Shown in pieces: positions 45,147-53,988 of a DNA stretch of 64,000 nucleotides. The DNA is from Dehalococcoidales bacterium (lineage in GTDB: Bacteria; Chloroflexota; Dehalococcoidia; Dehalococcoidales; RBG-16-60-22). The stretch lies in contig JBEKDZ010000003.1 in the NCBI GenBank assembly GCA_050014095.1, forward strand, positions 215,700 through 279,699. Reading direction: 5' to 3'. A program made the position numbers and the translations under genes. The notes under the pieces are model-generated. The model ran no database searches. It saw nothing but the letters and a program-made list of their open reading frames with translations, and had not been told where the DNA came from. Position 1 is the stretch's first letter. The number at the start of each line of letters is the position of its first letter.

Positions 45147-47558
45147 ATGAAAGTCCCATTAAAGTGGCTTAAGGATTATGTAGAGGTAACGCTACCGATA
45201 CCGGAACTAGCGGAAAGACTAACGCTGGCCGGATTCGAGGTAAGCGAAATTATCACCACCGGCGGCAGCTGGGATAATATAATCATCGGGGAAATAACCG
45301 CCATTAATCCCCACCCCAACGCCGACCGCTTAAAGCTGGCAACTGTCAATCTGGGAAAAGAGCAAGAGACGGTCGTCTGCGGCGCTCCCAACCTGACTAA
45401 AGGCGATAAAATAGCTTTTGCCAAAGTAGGCGCGCGCCTGACCAACCCGGAAAACGGCAAAGTCGAGACTCTTAAACCCGCCAAAATACGCGGCGTGGAA
45501 TCCAAAGGCATGATTTGCTCGGAGAGAGAGCTCGGTATCTCGGAAAGTCACGAAGGGATTTTAGTCCTGGCCAAAGGGGCGGAGGTAGGCACCGCGCTGG
45601 CGGATTTCATGGGCGATACGGTGCTGGACATCGATATCACCGCCAACCGGCCGGACGGGTTATCCGTGATTGGGATAGCGCGAGAAGTGGCGGCGATATG
45701 CGGGCAGAAATCTCATATTCCAGAAATCAAATACCCAGAAACGGGCGATTCTATTGAAAAACAGATAGCCATCGAGATTATCGATAGTGAGCTTTGTCCG
45801 CGGTACTGCGCCAGCCTCATCACCAACGTCAAAATAAGAGAGTCGCCGGCGTGGCTGCAGGAAAGGCTGATAGCCTGCGGGCAGCGTCCCATCAATAATA
45901 TCGTCGATATCTCCAACTACGTTATGCTGGAGTACGGGCAGCCGCTCCATACCTTCGACTACGAAAAGCTCAAGGGCAAGAAAATCGTCGTCAAACGGGC
46001 GAAAGACGGTGAGAAATTTATTACCCTCGATGCTAACGAGCGCCAGCTTGCTGGCGACATGCTGGTCATCGGAGACGGCGAAAGAACCGTCGCCATTGCG
46101 GGTGTCATGGGCGGACTGAACAGTGACGTGACGGAAAGTACAACATCCATCCTGCTGGAAGCCGCCAGCTTTAAAGCAGCCAGCCTGCACTACACCAGCC
46201 GCAAGCTCGGCTTGATGAGCGAAGCTTCGGCCAGGTTCGAGCGGGGCATCAGCGCGGGGCTAACGCTACCCGCCCTGAAACACGCTACCCAGCTTATCGC
46301 CGAGCTGGGCGAAGGCAAGATAGCCAAAGGAATTATCGACGTTTACCCGGGTAAAAAAGAGCCTAAGCCGATTACCGTGAGGGTAGAAAGAGTCAAGCGT
46401 CTCCTCGGCATTGAATATAGCGTCAAACAAATAGTGGGCGCGCTGGAAGCTCTCGGCATCGAGTGTCAAGCGGATAGCGCTAAAGTGAGCGCTACCGTCC
46501 CTTACTGGCGCAGCGATATTAAGATAGAAGAAGACCTCATCGAAGAGATGGCGCGCGTCTACGGCTACGATAAAATCCCGACCACGCTGCTGGCTGATGA
46601 AATACCCATACCTGATCCCGCACTGGATATTAGGTTGAAGAAAAACATTAGACGCAGCCTCGTCGGTTTCGGCTTCCAGGAGGTTATGACCTACACCCTG
46701 ACCAGTCTGCAAGCTTTGAGCAATACCGTTGCCGAACCGCATCCACCGGAGCCAATGCCCGTGCATATCGTCAACCCCATGACCGCAGAGCAAGAATATC
46801 TGCGGTCCAGCCTGCGCGCCAATCTTCTAGCAACATTGGCAATTAACCGACGTCACGATGATGGCGGTATCAGACTATTTGAAATAGGTAAGATATACAT
46901 ATCAAGAGGGAACGACCTGCCAGAAGAGCCGGAAATACTGTGCGGTCTGATGCACGGCAGCCGGGTGGAGAGGTCGTGGCTGGGGGGCGACAGCGCTTAC
47001 GATTTTTACGATGTCAAGGGGACGGCGGAGGGACTTTTCCAAAAACTGGGCATCGACGTATCCTTTGAATCCGGCAACGACGAGGGACTGCATCCCGCAC
47101 GGCAGGCAGCCATCATCGGGAAAAACGACGGGAAAAAGATAAGGCTGGGTGTCCTCGGGGAGCTGCACCCGAAGGTGGCCGACGCTTTCGAGATTGAAGG
47201 TACGGCCTGTCTTTTCGAGGTGAGTATCCAAGCGCTGCTACCTTGCATTACCAGAGAAAAAATATATCAACCGATACCCCGCTTCCCCAGTACCGTCAGA
47301 GACCTGGCGCTGGTCGTCGATGCCGATGTGACCAACCAGCAGATACTGGACGTCATTAAAAGCTTCAAGCTGATTAGCGAAGTAATTCTGTTCGATGTTT
47401 ATGCCGGCAAGCAGGTGGCAGAAGGCAAGAAGTCGCTCGCCTACCGGCTGGTCTACCAATCGCTCGACCAGACCCTGACCGACGAGACCGTCAACAAGGT
47501 GCAGGAGCAGGTGTTGGCCAAGCTCACCAAAGAGTTTGGGGCGACGCTAAGGCAATAA
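45147..47558 (+). CDS. pheT: phenylalanine--tRNA ligase beta subunit
   Basis: MKVPLKWLKDYV canonical N-terminus, tRNA-binding, B3/4, B5 and FDX-ACB regions. The track start at 45123 lies inside the repeat, so the start was moved to ATG 45147. Confidence 0.9.
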   Translation: MKVPLKWLKDYVEVTLPIPELAERLTLAGFEVSEIITTGGSWDNIIIGEITAINPHPNADRLKLATVNLGKEQETVVCGAPNLTKGDKIAFAKVGARLTNPENGKVETLKPAKIRGVESKGMICSERELGISESHEGILVLAKGAEVGTALADFMGDTVLDIDITANRPDGLSVIGIAREVAAICGQKSHIPEIKYPETGDSIEKQIAIEIIDSELCPRYCASLITNVKIRESPAWLQERLIACGQRPINNIVDISNYVMLEYGQPLHTFDYEKLKGKKIVVKRAKDGEKFITLDANERQLAGDMLVIGDGERTVAIAGVMGGLNSDVTESTTSILLEAASFKAASLHYTSRKLGLMSEASARFERGISAGLTLPALKHATQLIAELGEGKIAKGIIDVYPGKKEPKPITVRVERVKRLLGIEYSVKQIVGALEALGIECQADSAKVSATVPYWRSDIKIEEDLIEEMARVYGYDKIPTTLLADEIPIPDPALDIRLKKNIRRSLVGFGFQEVMTYTLTSLQALSNTVAEPHPPEPMPVHIVNPMTAEQEYLRSSLRANLLATLAINRRHDDGGIRLFEIGKIYISRGNDLPEEPEILCGLMHGSRVERSWLGGDSAYDFYDVKGTAEGLFQKLGIDVSFESGNDEGLHPARQAAIIGKNDGKKIRLGVLGELHPKVADAFEIEGTACLFEVSIQALLPCITREKIYQPIPRFPSTVRDLALVVDADVTNQQILDVIKSFKLISEVILFDVYAGKQVAEGKKSLAYRLVYQSLDQTLTDETVNKVQEQVLAKLTKEFGATLRQ

Positions 47559-47582
47559 CCAATAACCAATCGGAGAGTTCTT

Positions 47583-47709
47583 AAGAGGGGCTAACGCCCC
47601 TCTTTTTATTTCACCCCCTTCCTTTGGCAAAGGAAGGGGGACAGGGGGATAGATTACTTATAGAAACAAAAAGGGCGAGGACGGATTCTTCACTGCGTTC
47701 AGAATGACA
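47583..47709. repeat. hairpin repeats after pheT; the first one doubles as a terminator
   Basis: AAGAGGGGC-taac-GCCCCTCTT plus T-run (47583-47607), 12-bp stem CCCCCTTCCTTT-ggc-AAAGGAAGGGGG (47614-47640), GGATTCTTCACTGCGTTCAGAATGACA (47683-47709). Confidence 0.8.
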
Positions 47710-47721
47710 GCGAGTCCATTC

Positions 47722-47759
47722 TTGACAAAAGATATTTGTTCCCTTATACTATCAGTATA
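47722..47759 (+). promoter_or_regulatory. promoter with an inverted repeat overlapping the -10 element, upstream of the abrB-like/arsM genes
   Basis: TTGACA (47722-47727), 17-nt spacer, TATACT (47745-47750). TATACT-atc-AGTATA is a perfect inverted repeat (47745-47759). Confidence 0.5.
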
Positions 47760-47800
47760 GTCTGATTTTTCTGAATTTTCTGTTTATTAAGGAGGCATCA

Positions 47801-48067
47801 ATGGCTAAGGAAGAGAAGAATAGCTTCTGTTCTCCCGCAGGGTGCTGTAAGGTGGAGGCGGTAGTGAGTGTTGATGAAAGAGGGCAGATGATATTGCCTA
47901 AGGAGCTAAGAGACAGAGCCGGTATACATGCCGGTGATAAGCTGGCCGTGGTCAGTATGGATCAAGACGGCAAAACCTGCTGTCTTTCTTTAATTAAAGT
48001 CGAATCGATAACGAACATGGTTAAAGACATGCTCGGGCCGGTAATGGAAGAAGCATTCAAAAAATAG
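47801..48067 (+). CDS. AbrB/MazE/SpoVT-type DNA-binding protein with an N-terminal Cys cluster
   Basis: ERGQMILPKELRDRAGIHAGDKLAV is the SpoVT-AbrB swapped-hairpin motif. Preceded by CSPAGCC, and a second CC lies at KTCCLS. Confidence 0.7.
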   Translation: MAKEEKNSFCSPAGCCKVEAVVSVDERGQMILPKELRDRAGIHAGDKLAVVSMDQDGKTCCLSLIKVESITNMVKDMLGPVMEEAFKK

Positions 48068-48081
48068 AAAGAGGCAATGAA

Positions 48082-48918
48082 ATGAAAGGCACTGAAATAA
48101 AAAGGTCAGTTAGAGAAGGTTATGCTAAAATCGCCAAGGAAGGCGGCTCCTGCTGTGATAGCAGCACTAAAGCCTGTGGCTGCAACAGTAGTCAATCTGC
48201 TAAAGATATCAGCCAGAGTATCGGCTACTCCGAAGAAGATGTCAATAACGTGCCTGATGGAGCCAATCTGGGGCTAGGGTGCGGCAATCCTATCGCACTG
48301 GCTTCTTTAAAAGAAGGCGAAACGGTGCTCGATTTGGGGTCGGGGGCGGGGTTCGATTGTTTCCTAGCGGCGAATAAGGTCGGTAAAAAAGGCAGGGTCA
48401 TCGGGGTGGATATGACGCCGGAGATGCTGGAAAAAGCCCGGGAGAACGCCATTAAAGGCAAATATACCAACGTAGAGTTCCGCCTCGGTGAGATAGAGTC
48501 GTTACCCGTGGCCGATAGCACGGTGGATATTATCATTTCAAACTGCGTAATCAACCTATCCGTAGATAAAGAGAGGGTTTTTAAAGAGGCTTTCCGCGTG
48601 CTTAAGCCGGGAGGCCGCTTAATGGTTTCCGATATCGTCTTAACCAAACCCCTCCCCGATGTTGTCAGGAAATCCGTCCAGGCTTACATCGGCTGCGTGG
48701 GAGGAGCGATGCTGGAATCGGACTACCTGGGGGCTATCGAAGGGGCGGGATTCGTTAACGTAAGGGTAGCCGACGAGGGAGGCATCGATGCGGACTCGCT
48801 GGAGAATGACCCGTTGGCATCATCAATAGCAGAGAGCTCTGAATTAACGCCCGACCAAATGCGTGACCTGGCGCGCTCGATAAAGAGCATCAGGGTATCC
48901 GCTGGTAAACCTAAATAG
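48082..48918 (+). CDS. arsM: arsenite S-adenosylmethionine methyltransferase
   Basis: VREGYAKIA, Cys-rich GGSCCDSSTKACGC, GETVLDLGSGAGFDCF, LKPGGRLMVSD. Confidence 0.85.
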   Translation: MKGTEIKRSVREGYAKIAKEGGSCCDSSTKACGCNSSQSAKDISQSIGYSEEDVNNVPDGANLGLGCGNPIALASLKEGETVLDLGSGAGFDCFLAANKVGKKGRVIGVDMTPEMLEKARENAIKGKYTNVEFRLGEIESLPVADSTVDIIISNCVINLSVDKERVFKEAFRVLKPGGRLMVSDIVLTKPLPDVVRKSVQAYIGCVGGAMLESDYLGAIEGAGFVNVRVADEGGIDADSLENDPLASSIAESSELTPDQMRDLARSIKSIRVSAGKPK

Positions 48919-48935
48919 AATAAAGCGGGGTCGAT

Positions 48936-49676
48936 TTAATCCCATCTAAAGAAGCGTGCCGCCAGCAGCGCTGAGACGACCGTAATCCCTACCGTGATTA
49001 AAGACGCGCTGGTATACCAATCAAAACCGAGCCAAGGGTTCTGCAGCGTGTAGATTACCCAATGCAGCGGCGTTATATTCCCGATTACCTGCATCGCGCT
49101 GGACATGACTTCCATCGGCGGCCCGGCGCCGCCAAGTATCATCATGATAAAGAAGAGCAGCATCCCTACCCCCTGGGCAGAACGGGTGGAGGGTAATACC
49201 GCGCCGAGGAAAAATCCAAAGCAGGTAAAGCATACCGTACCCATTACAAAAGCCACCACCAAAAGCCCGGGGTTAACCGGCCAATGGGGCGAATAGGCTA
49301 CCTTACCCATTATGGTTACCAGGATGCTGCCGGCTATCGCAATAACAAAGCTTACCAGCAGCTGCGAACCTAGTACCGACCATACGGAGAAAGACGACGC
49401 CCTAAAACGCCGCAGTATGCCGCGTTCGCGGTAGCCGGCCAGGTGCACGGGCAGCGCCACGGTGCCGATAGCCATCATTATCAGTCCATAATAGGACGGC
49501 ATGTAGTAATCCATAGGACCGACGCCGCGGTAAATATCCGGACTAGGTGTGTTACCAAAAACCCCACCCATTACGAAGAGGAAAATGATGGGTAAAGCGA
49601 GCGTAAAGACTACCGTGATAGGCTCACGGATAAAGAGCTTGATTTCCACCCAGGTCAGTTTAAACAATGTACTCAT
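48936..49676 (-). CDS. ABC-2 type transporter permease
   Basis: 246 aa, 6 TM, directly downstream of the ATPase gene. Confidence 0.7.
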   Translation of the reverse strand: MSTLFKLTWVEIKLFIREPITVVFTLALPIIFLFVMGGVFGNTPSPDIYRGVGPMDYYMPSYYGLIMMAIGTVALPVHLAGYRERGILRRFRASSFSVWSVLGSQLLVSFVIAIAGSILVTIMGKVAYSPHWPVNPGLLVVAFVMGTVCFTCFGFFLGAVLPSTRSAQGVGMLLFFIMMILGGAGPPMEVMSSAMQVIGNITPLHWVIYTLQNPWLGFDWYTSASLITVGITVVSALLAARFFRWD

Positions 49677-49685
49677 TCAAATTCA

Positions 49686-50594
49686 TCATTCCGCAGCGGA
49701 GTGACCCGTCACCTTCAAGAAAACATCCTCTAAAGACGGCTGCTCAACGCGAAGGTCGGACGGCACGATACCGTGCTCGACCAGCGCCGCCGCTACTAAA
49801 GCCAACAGCGGACCCGTGCCTGCAACTTCGACTTGCTTACCTCTATGGCTGATTCTTTTCACACCGGCTACTTTCTTCAGCCAGGCAAGGTCGGTTTTAT
49901 CCGTGGAGAAAATAACACGCACCGCGGTGGCATGACTGGCAACAAGACCTTGCGGACTATCTGAAGCAACGATTTTGCCTTTATCGACGATGGCAACGCG
50001 GTCGCAAAGGTTTTCCGCCTCATCCATAAAGTGGGTGACCAGCAAGACGGTGGTGCCCCTATCTCGTACAGAGCGAATCAGGTCCCAGGCGACGCGGCGG
50101 GCGGCGGGGTCGAGACCGGTGGTCATTTCATCCAGAAAAACGACCTCCGGATTATTTACCAGCGACAGCGCGATAAATAGTCGCTGTTTTTGCCCGCCGG
50201 AGAGACTGGCAAAGCTGGACTTTCGTTTATCGGCTAGTCCCCACTGCTCCAGAAGGACATGCCAATCTAAAGCCTTAGAGGCGACCGAGGCAAAGAGGTC
50301 TAAAGCCTCCCAGGCCTTGATGCGGTCAGGCAAGGCTGATTCCTGAAGCTGTGAGCCGATACGACGACGTAGCTCCTGGGCATCACGTAAGGGGTTAAGA
50401 CCAAGCACGCGGATATCACCGGAATCGGGATGTCTTAAAGCCTGAAGGCATTCCACCGTGGTAGTCTTGCCGGCGCCATTGGGGCCGAGGATACCGAAGA
50501 TTTCACCTTTAGTGACTTCGAAAGAGATATCATCGACGGCAACAGTTTTGCCATAGGTTTTACGGAGGTTTTGGACGGATATAATTGAAGGCAT
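49686..50594 (-). CDS. ABC transporter ATP-binding protein (DrrA/ABC-2 exporter type)
   Basis: GPNGAGKTT, LSGGQKQRL, VFLDEMTTGLD. Confidence 0.85.
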   Translation of the reverse strand: MPSIISVQNLRKTYGKTVAVDDISFEVTKGEIFGILGPNGAGKTTTVECLQALRHPDSGDIRVLGLNPLRDAQELRRRIGSQLQESALPDRIKAWEALDLFASVASKALDWHVLLEQWGLADKRKSSFASLSGGQKQRLFIALSLVNNPEVVFLDEMTTGLDPAARRVAWDLIRSVRDRGTTVLLVTHFMDEAENLCDRVAIVDKGKIVASDSPQGLVASHATAVRVIFSTDKTDLAWLKKVAGVKRISHRGKQVEVAGTGPLLALVAAALVEHGIVPSDLRVEQPSLEDVFLKVTGHSAAE

Positions 50595-50648
50595 TTAAGG
50601 TTAATTATAACGGAGAATAGAAGTAGATTTCAATAAATAACCAATAAC

Positions 50649-50828
50649 CAAGATACAATAACCAAATAGGAAACTCTAACCATTCCGATGTAAATCGGAA
50701 TCCAGTGAGACGGAGTTGCTTTAATTGCCGCAATCGCTGCTAACTTTATTGAGCTGGATTCCCGATCAGGTCGGGAATGACGTGGTTTTTAGGCTTTTTA
50801 TCAAACGTCATTCCCGCGAAGGCGGGAA
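50649..50828. repeat. cluster of hairpin repeats (GGAAT-type)
   Basis: ATTCCGAT-gtaa-ATCGGAAT (50682-50701), ATTCCCGA-tcagg-TCGGGAAT (50758-50778), TTCCCGC-gaag-GCGGGAA (50811-50828), plus the AAGATACAATAACCAAA motif. Confidence 0.8.
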
Positions 50829-50849
50829 CCCAGAGGGGAAAAGGGGTGG

Positions 50850-52541
50850 TTAAATACACGCTTTTATCTTCTTAATTATCTCCGCCAGCGGCACGATTTC
50901 CGAATCTTTTTCCGCGCGTTTTTTAAGCTCCACGCTGTCTTTCTCTAAAGTGCGGGGGCTGACGGTAACGCGGAAAGGTACGCCGATTAAGTCAGCGTCG
51001 TTGAACTTTACGCCGGCGGATTCAGTACGGTCGTCGAAAAGCACCTCAATGCCAGAAGCTTGAAGGTCGGCATAAAGCTTTTCGGCAACCTCGCTTACTT
51101 TAGAGTTCTCACGATACAGCGGGCAGAGATAGATGTGGTAAGGCGCGATAGCCGCGGGCCAGATAATGCCTTTATCGTCGTGGTTTTGCTCGACAGCGGC
51201 CGCCAGCAAACGACTGGGTCCCAAGCCATAACAACCCATTACAATAGGATGAGAGTTACCCTTTTCATCAATATAGTTTGCACCGAACTTGACACTATAA
51301 ATCGTACCCAGCTTAAAGATATGGGCAGCCTCGATGCCACGCTTGGACGTAAGCTTACCGCCGCAATTAACGCATTTATCTCCCGCGCGAGCCGATACAA
51401 TATCGGCTACGATATCCGCCTTAAAATCACGCGGGTAGTTAACGTTTTTCAGGTGGGTATCCGGCTTGTTGCCGCCGGCGACGAAATTTACACCGGATGT
51501 TACAGAATCGTCGGCAATGACTTTAATACCCTTTAACCCTACCGGTGAAGCGAAACCAGCTACGATACCCGCGGCAGTAATCTCAGCCTCGGTAGCCAGA
51601 CGCAGGTCGGCGCAATGCAGCTGGTTCTTAAGCTTGGTTTCGTTAACCGCAAGGTCGCCGCGGATGACGCCGAAAACAAATGAGCCATCGGCGATATAGA
51701 AGACGGCTTTAAGGGTTTGAGAGGGAGGCACCTTAAGAAAACCAGCTACTTCCTCGATGGACTTCATACCGGGGGTGGCGATTTCCTCCATAGGGAGGGG
51801 TTTGCCGGTATCGATTTTCTCCTTTACGCTAATCGCTTTTTCGCCGTTGGCGGCGTATTGACATTTCGGGCAATAGATAACCTCATCTTCGCCGGTATCG
51901 GCGATAACCATGAACTCACGGGAGTCCTTACCGCCGATAGCGCCGCTATCCGCCTCGACGACCATAACCGGCAAGCCGCAGCGTTTAAAGATATTCTGGT
52001 ATGCCTGGAGTATTTTATCGTAAGAGATATCCAGTCCGGCTTCGTCGATGTCAAAGCTATAGGCGTCCTTCATGGAAAACTCGCGCGCCCGGACCAAGCC
52101 GCCGCGGGGCCTAGGCTCATCGCGGAACTTGGTCTGTATCTGGTAAAGCATGAGGGGTAAATCGCGGTAGCTCTGGGCATAGCGCGATACCAGCGTGGTA
52201 ATGACTTCCTCATGGGTAGGGCCAAGAGTCAGCTTGCGCTCCCGCCGGTCGAAGAGGTGAAAGAGGACGTCATTCATCGTAAGGTCACGCCCGGAGGTCA
52301 CCCAGAGGTCATTGGGCTGTAGAATCGGCATATGCAGTTCCTGCCCGCCGATTTTATCCATCTCGTCGCGGACGATGGCTGATATCTTTTCTAACGACCG
52401 CCAGCCCAGCGGCAGGTAGGAATAGACGCCCGCCATGAGCTGGTTGATTAAGCCCGCCCGGACCATCAACTGATGCCCGATAGTATCCGCATCGGCGGGG
52501 ACCTCTCTTACCGTTTTGCTAAGCAGCTTTGAAATGCGCAC
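50850..52541 (-). CDS. proS: proline--tRNA ligase (bacterial type with INS editing domain)
   Basis: 563 aa. FRDEPRPRGGLVRAREF, the INS region, and a C-terminal anticodon-binding domain. Confidence 0.9.
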   Translation of the reverse strand: MRISKLLSKTVREVPADADTIGHQLMVRAGLINQLMAGVYSYLPLGWRSLEKISAIVRDEMDKIGGQELHMPILQPNDLWVTSGRDLTMNDVLFHLFDRRERKLTLGPTHEEVITTLVSRYAQSYRDLPLMLYQIQTKFRDEPRPRGGLVRAREFSMKDAYSFDIDEAGLDISYDKILQAYQNIFKRCGLPVMVVEADSGAIGGKDSREFMVIADTGEDEVIYCPKCQYAANGEKAISVKEKIDTGKPLPMEEIATPGMKSIEEVAGFLKVPPSQTLKAVFYIADGSFVFGVIRGDLAVNETKLKNQLHCADLRLATEAEITAAGIVAGFASPVGLKGIKVIADDSVTSGVNFVAGGNKPDTHLKNVNYPRDFKADIVADIVSARAGDKCVNCGGKLTSKRGIEAAHIFKLGTIYSVKFGANYIDEKGNSHPIVMGCYGLGPSRLLAAAVEQNHDDKGIIWPAAIAPYHIYLCPLYRENSKVSEVAEKLYADLQASGIEVLFDDRTESAGVKFNDADLIGVPFRVTVSPRTLEKDSVELKKRAEKDSEIVPLAEIIKKIKACI

Positions 52542-52574
52542 GCGAGGCTCCTTTTTCTTAAAATCCCCCTTGGT

Positions 52575-52652
52575 CCCCCTTTTTCAAAGGGGGAAACGCG
52601 GAGGAAAACGTATTTATAAAATCTCCATTAATCCCTCCTTACGAAGGAGGGA
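52575..52652. repeat. two family-B hairpin repeats upstream of proS
   Basis: CCCCCTTT-ttc-AAAGGGGG (52575-52593) and TCCCTCCTT-acg-AAGGAGGGA (52632-52652). Confidence 0.8.
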
Positions 52653-52673
52653 AGGAAAAACATTCTACCACAC

Positions 52674-52934
52674 TTAAGTATCACCTTCATCTCGAATCTG
52701 CGGCCAAGAGTGGTGTTTTTTCCAATATGATTGTAATTTTAATGCTACTTTTTTATCATGGTGGCAAATTTGTTCGAGAGAAACCTTAAAAAATCCTTCT
52801 AGCCAAATAGTATGTTCGCCTCCTGGGTGTTCGTTAAGTGCTGTTAAGTTCATATGTTCAGCTAAAGCCAAGAAACTTTGTGACTGATAATCTACTATCG
52901 GACAAGTGACTATTTCCTTATTTTTTCTTCTCAT
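52674..52934 (-). CDS. hypothetical protein (86 aa), His/Trp-rich, AT-rich gene
   Basis: ATGA start/stop overlap with ispG. No recognised motif. Confidence 0.45.
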   Translation of the reverse strand: MRRKNKEIVTCPIVDYQSQSFLALAEHMNLTALNEHPGGEHTIWLEGFFKVSLEQICHHDKKVALKLQSYWKKHHSWPQIRDEGDT

Positions 52935-53977
52935 ATCCCATCCACCTCTCTCATTAACGCGGTTAAAAAGTCTTTTTCTTCGACTACGGCGAGTTGTTGG
53001 CCTTTTTTAAAGATAACGCCTTTACCTTTACCACAGGCGATGCCGACATCGGCGTCTTTAGCCTCGCCGGGGCCATTGACCACGCACCCCATGACGGCAA
53101 CCTTAATCGGCTTATTAATTTTCAAGAGTCGTTTTTCGACCTCTTGCGCCAATTTTACCACGTCCGCCTCGGCGCGACCACAGGTGGGGCAGCTAACGAG
53201 GACGGGGCCATGCTGGCGTAAATCCAGGCTCTTGAGGATTTCATAAGCGGCGAAGACCTCCTCCTGGGGCGGGGCGGTTAAAGAGACGCGGATGGTATCG
53301 CCAATACCGAGCCAAAGCAAAGTGCCGATGCCCACCGAACTCCTGATAACGCCGCTCCTTGGCGTGCCCGCTTCGGTGATGCCGATGTGGAGGGGATAAG
53401 GTATTTTCTCCGCGATAGCCTTATAAGCCGCGATGGTGGTAGGGACGTCGAAAGCCTTAAGCGACACTTTTATAAGGTCGAAGTTTAAACTCTCCAGCAG
53501 CTTTATCTGCCCTAAAGCGACGTCGACCATTCTTTCCGCGATTGTTAGAGATGAATCTTTTGTTGGGGGCAAGCTGCCGGCATTCAAGCCGATGCGGATG
53601 GGCACTCCCCTTTCTTTAGCGGCCAAAGCAACCTTCTTTACCTTATCCGGCTCTCCTATATTGCCGGGGTTAAGGCGGAGTCCATCCACGCCAGCCTCCA
53701 GCGACATAAGAGCCAGCCGATAGTCAAAGTGGATATCCGCGACCAGAGGAATTTTTGCCTTCTTCTTTATGTCAACTAATGCTTTGGCGGCTTCCGCGTC
53801 CGGGACGGCGACGCGCACGATTTCACAGCCGACCTCCTCAAGTTGTTTAATCTGGTGGAGGGTGGCTTTAACATCGCGGGTATCGGTCTTGGTCATGGAC
53901 TGCACGACAATAGGCGCTCCCCCGCCGACGGTAACGCCGCCGATTTTTATTGCTTTACTAATGCGTCGCTTCATCAT
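52931..53977 (-). CDS. ispG: 4-hydroxy-3-methylbut-2-en-1-yl diphosphate synthase
   Basis: IGGVTVGGGAPIVVQSMT, C-terminal CPTCGR and GCVVNGPGE. Start placed at ATG 53977, 12 nt after the rseP stop. Confidence 0.9.
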   Translation of the reverse strand: MMKRRISKAIKIGGVTVGGGAPIVVQSMTKTDTRDVKATLHQIKQLEEVGCEIVRVAVPDAEAAKALVDIKKKAKIPLVADIHFDYRLALMSLEAGVDGLRLNPGNIGEPDKVKKVALAAKERGVPIRIGLNAGSLPPTKDSSLTIAERMVDVALGQIKLLESLNFDLIKVSLKAFDVPTTIAAYKAIAEKIPYPLHIGITEAGTPRSGVIRSSVGIGTLLWLGIGDTIRVSLTAPPQEEVFAAYEILKSLDLRQHGPVLVSCPTCGRAEADVVKLAQEVEKRLLKINKPIKVAVMGCVVNGPGEAKDADVGIACGKGKGVIFKKGQQLAVVEEKDFLTALMREVDGI

Positions 53978-53988
53978 CTTCTTGCCTG

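Noticed and set aside
31244-52673. Whether the dense short repeats could be a CRISPR array.
   Set aside because: There is no constant-length direct repeat alternating with unique spacers. The units are palindromic, belong to several families, occur in both orientations and are scattered across many intergenic gaps. No cas genes are present.
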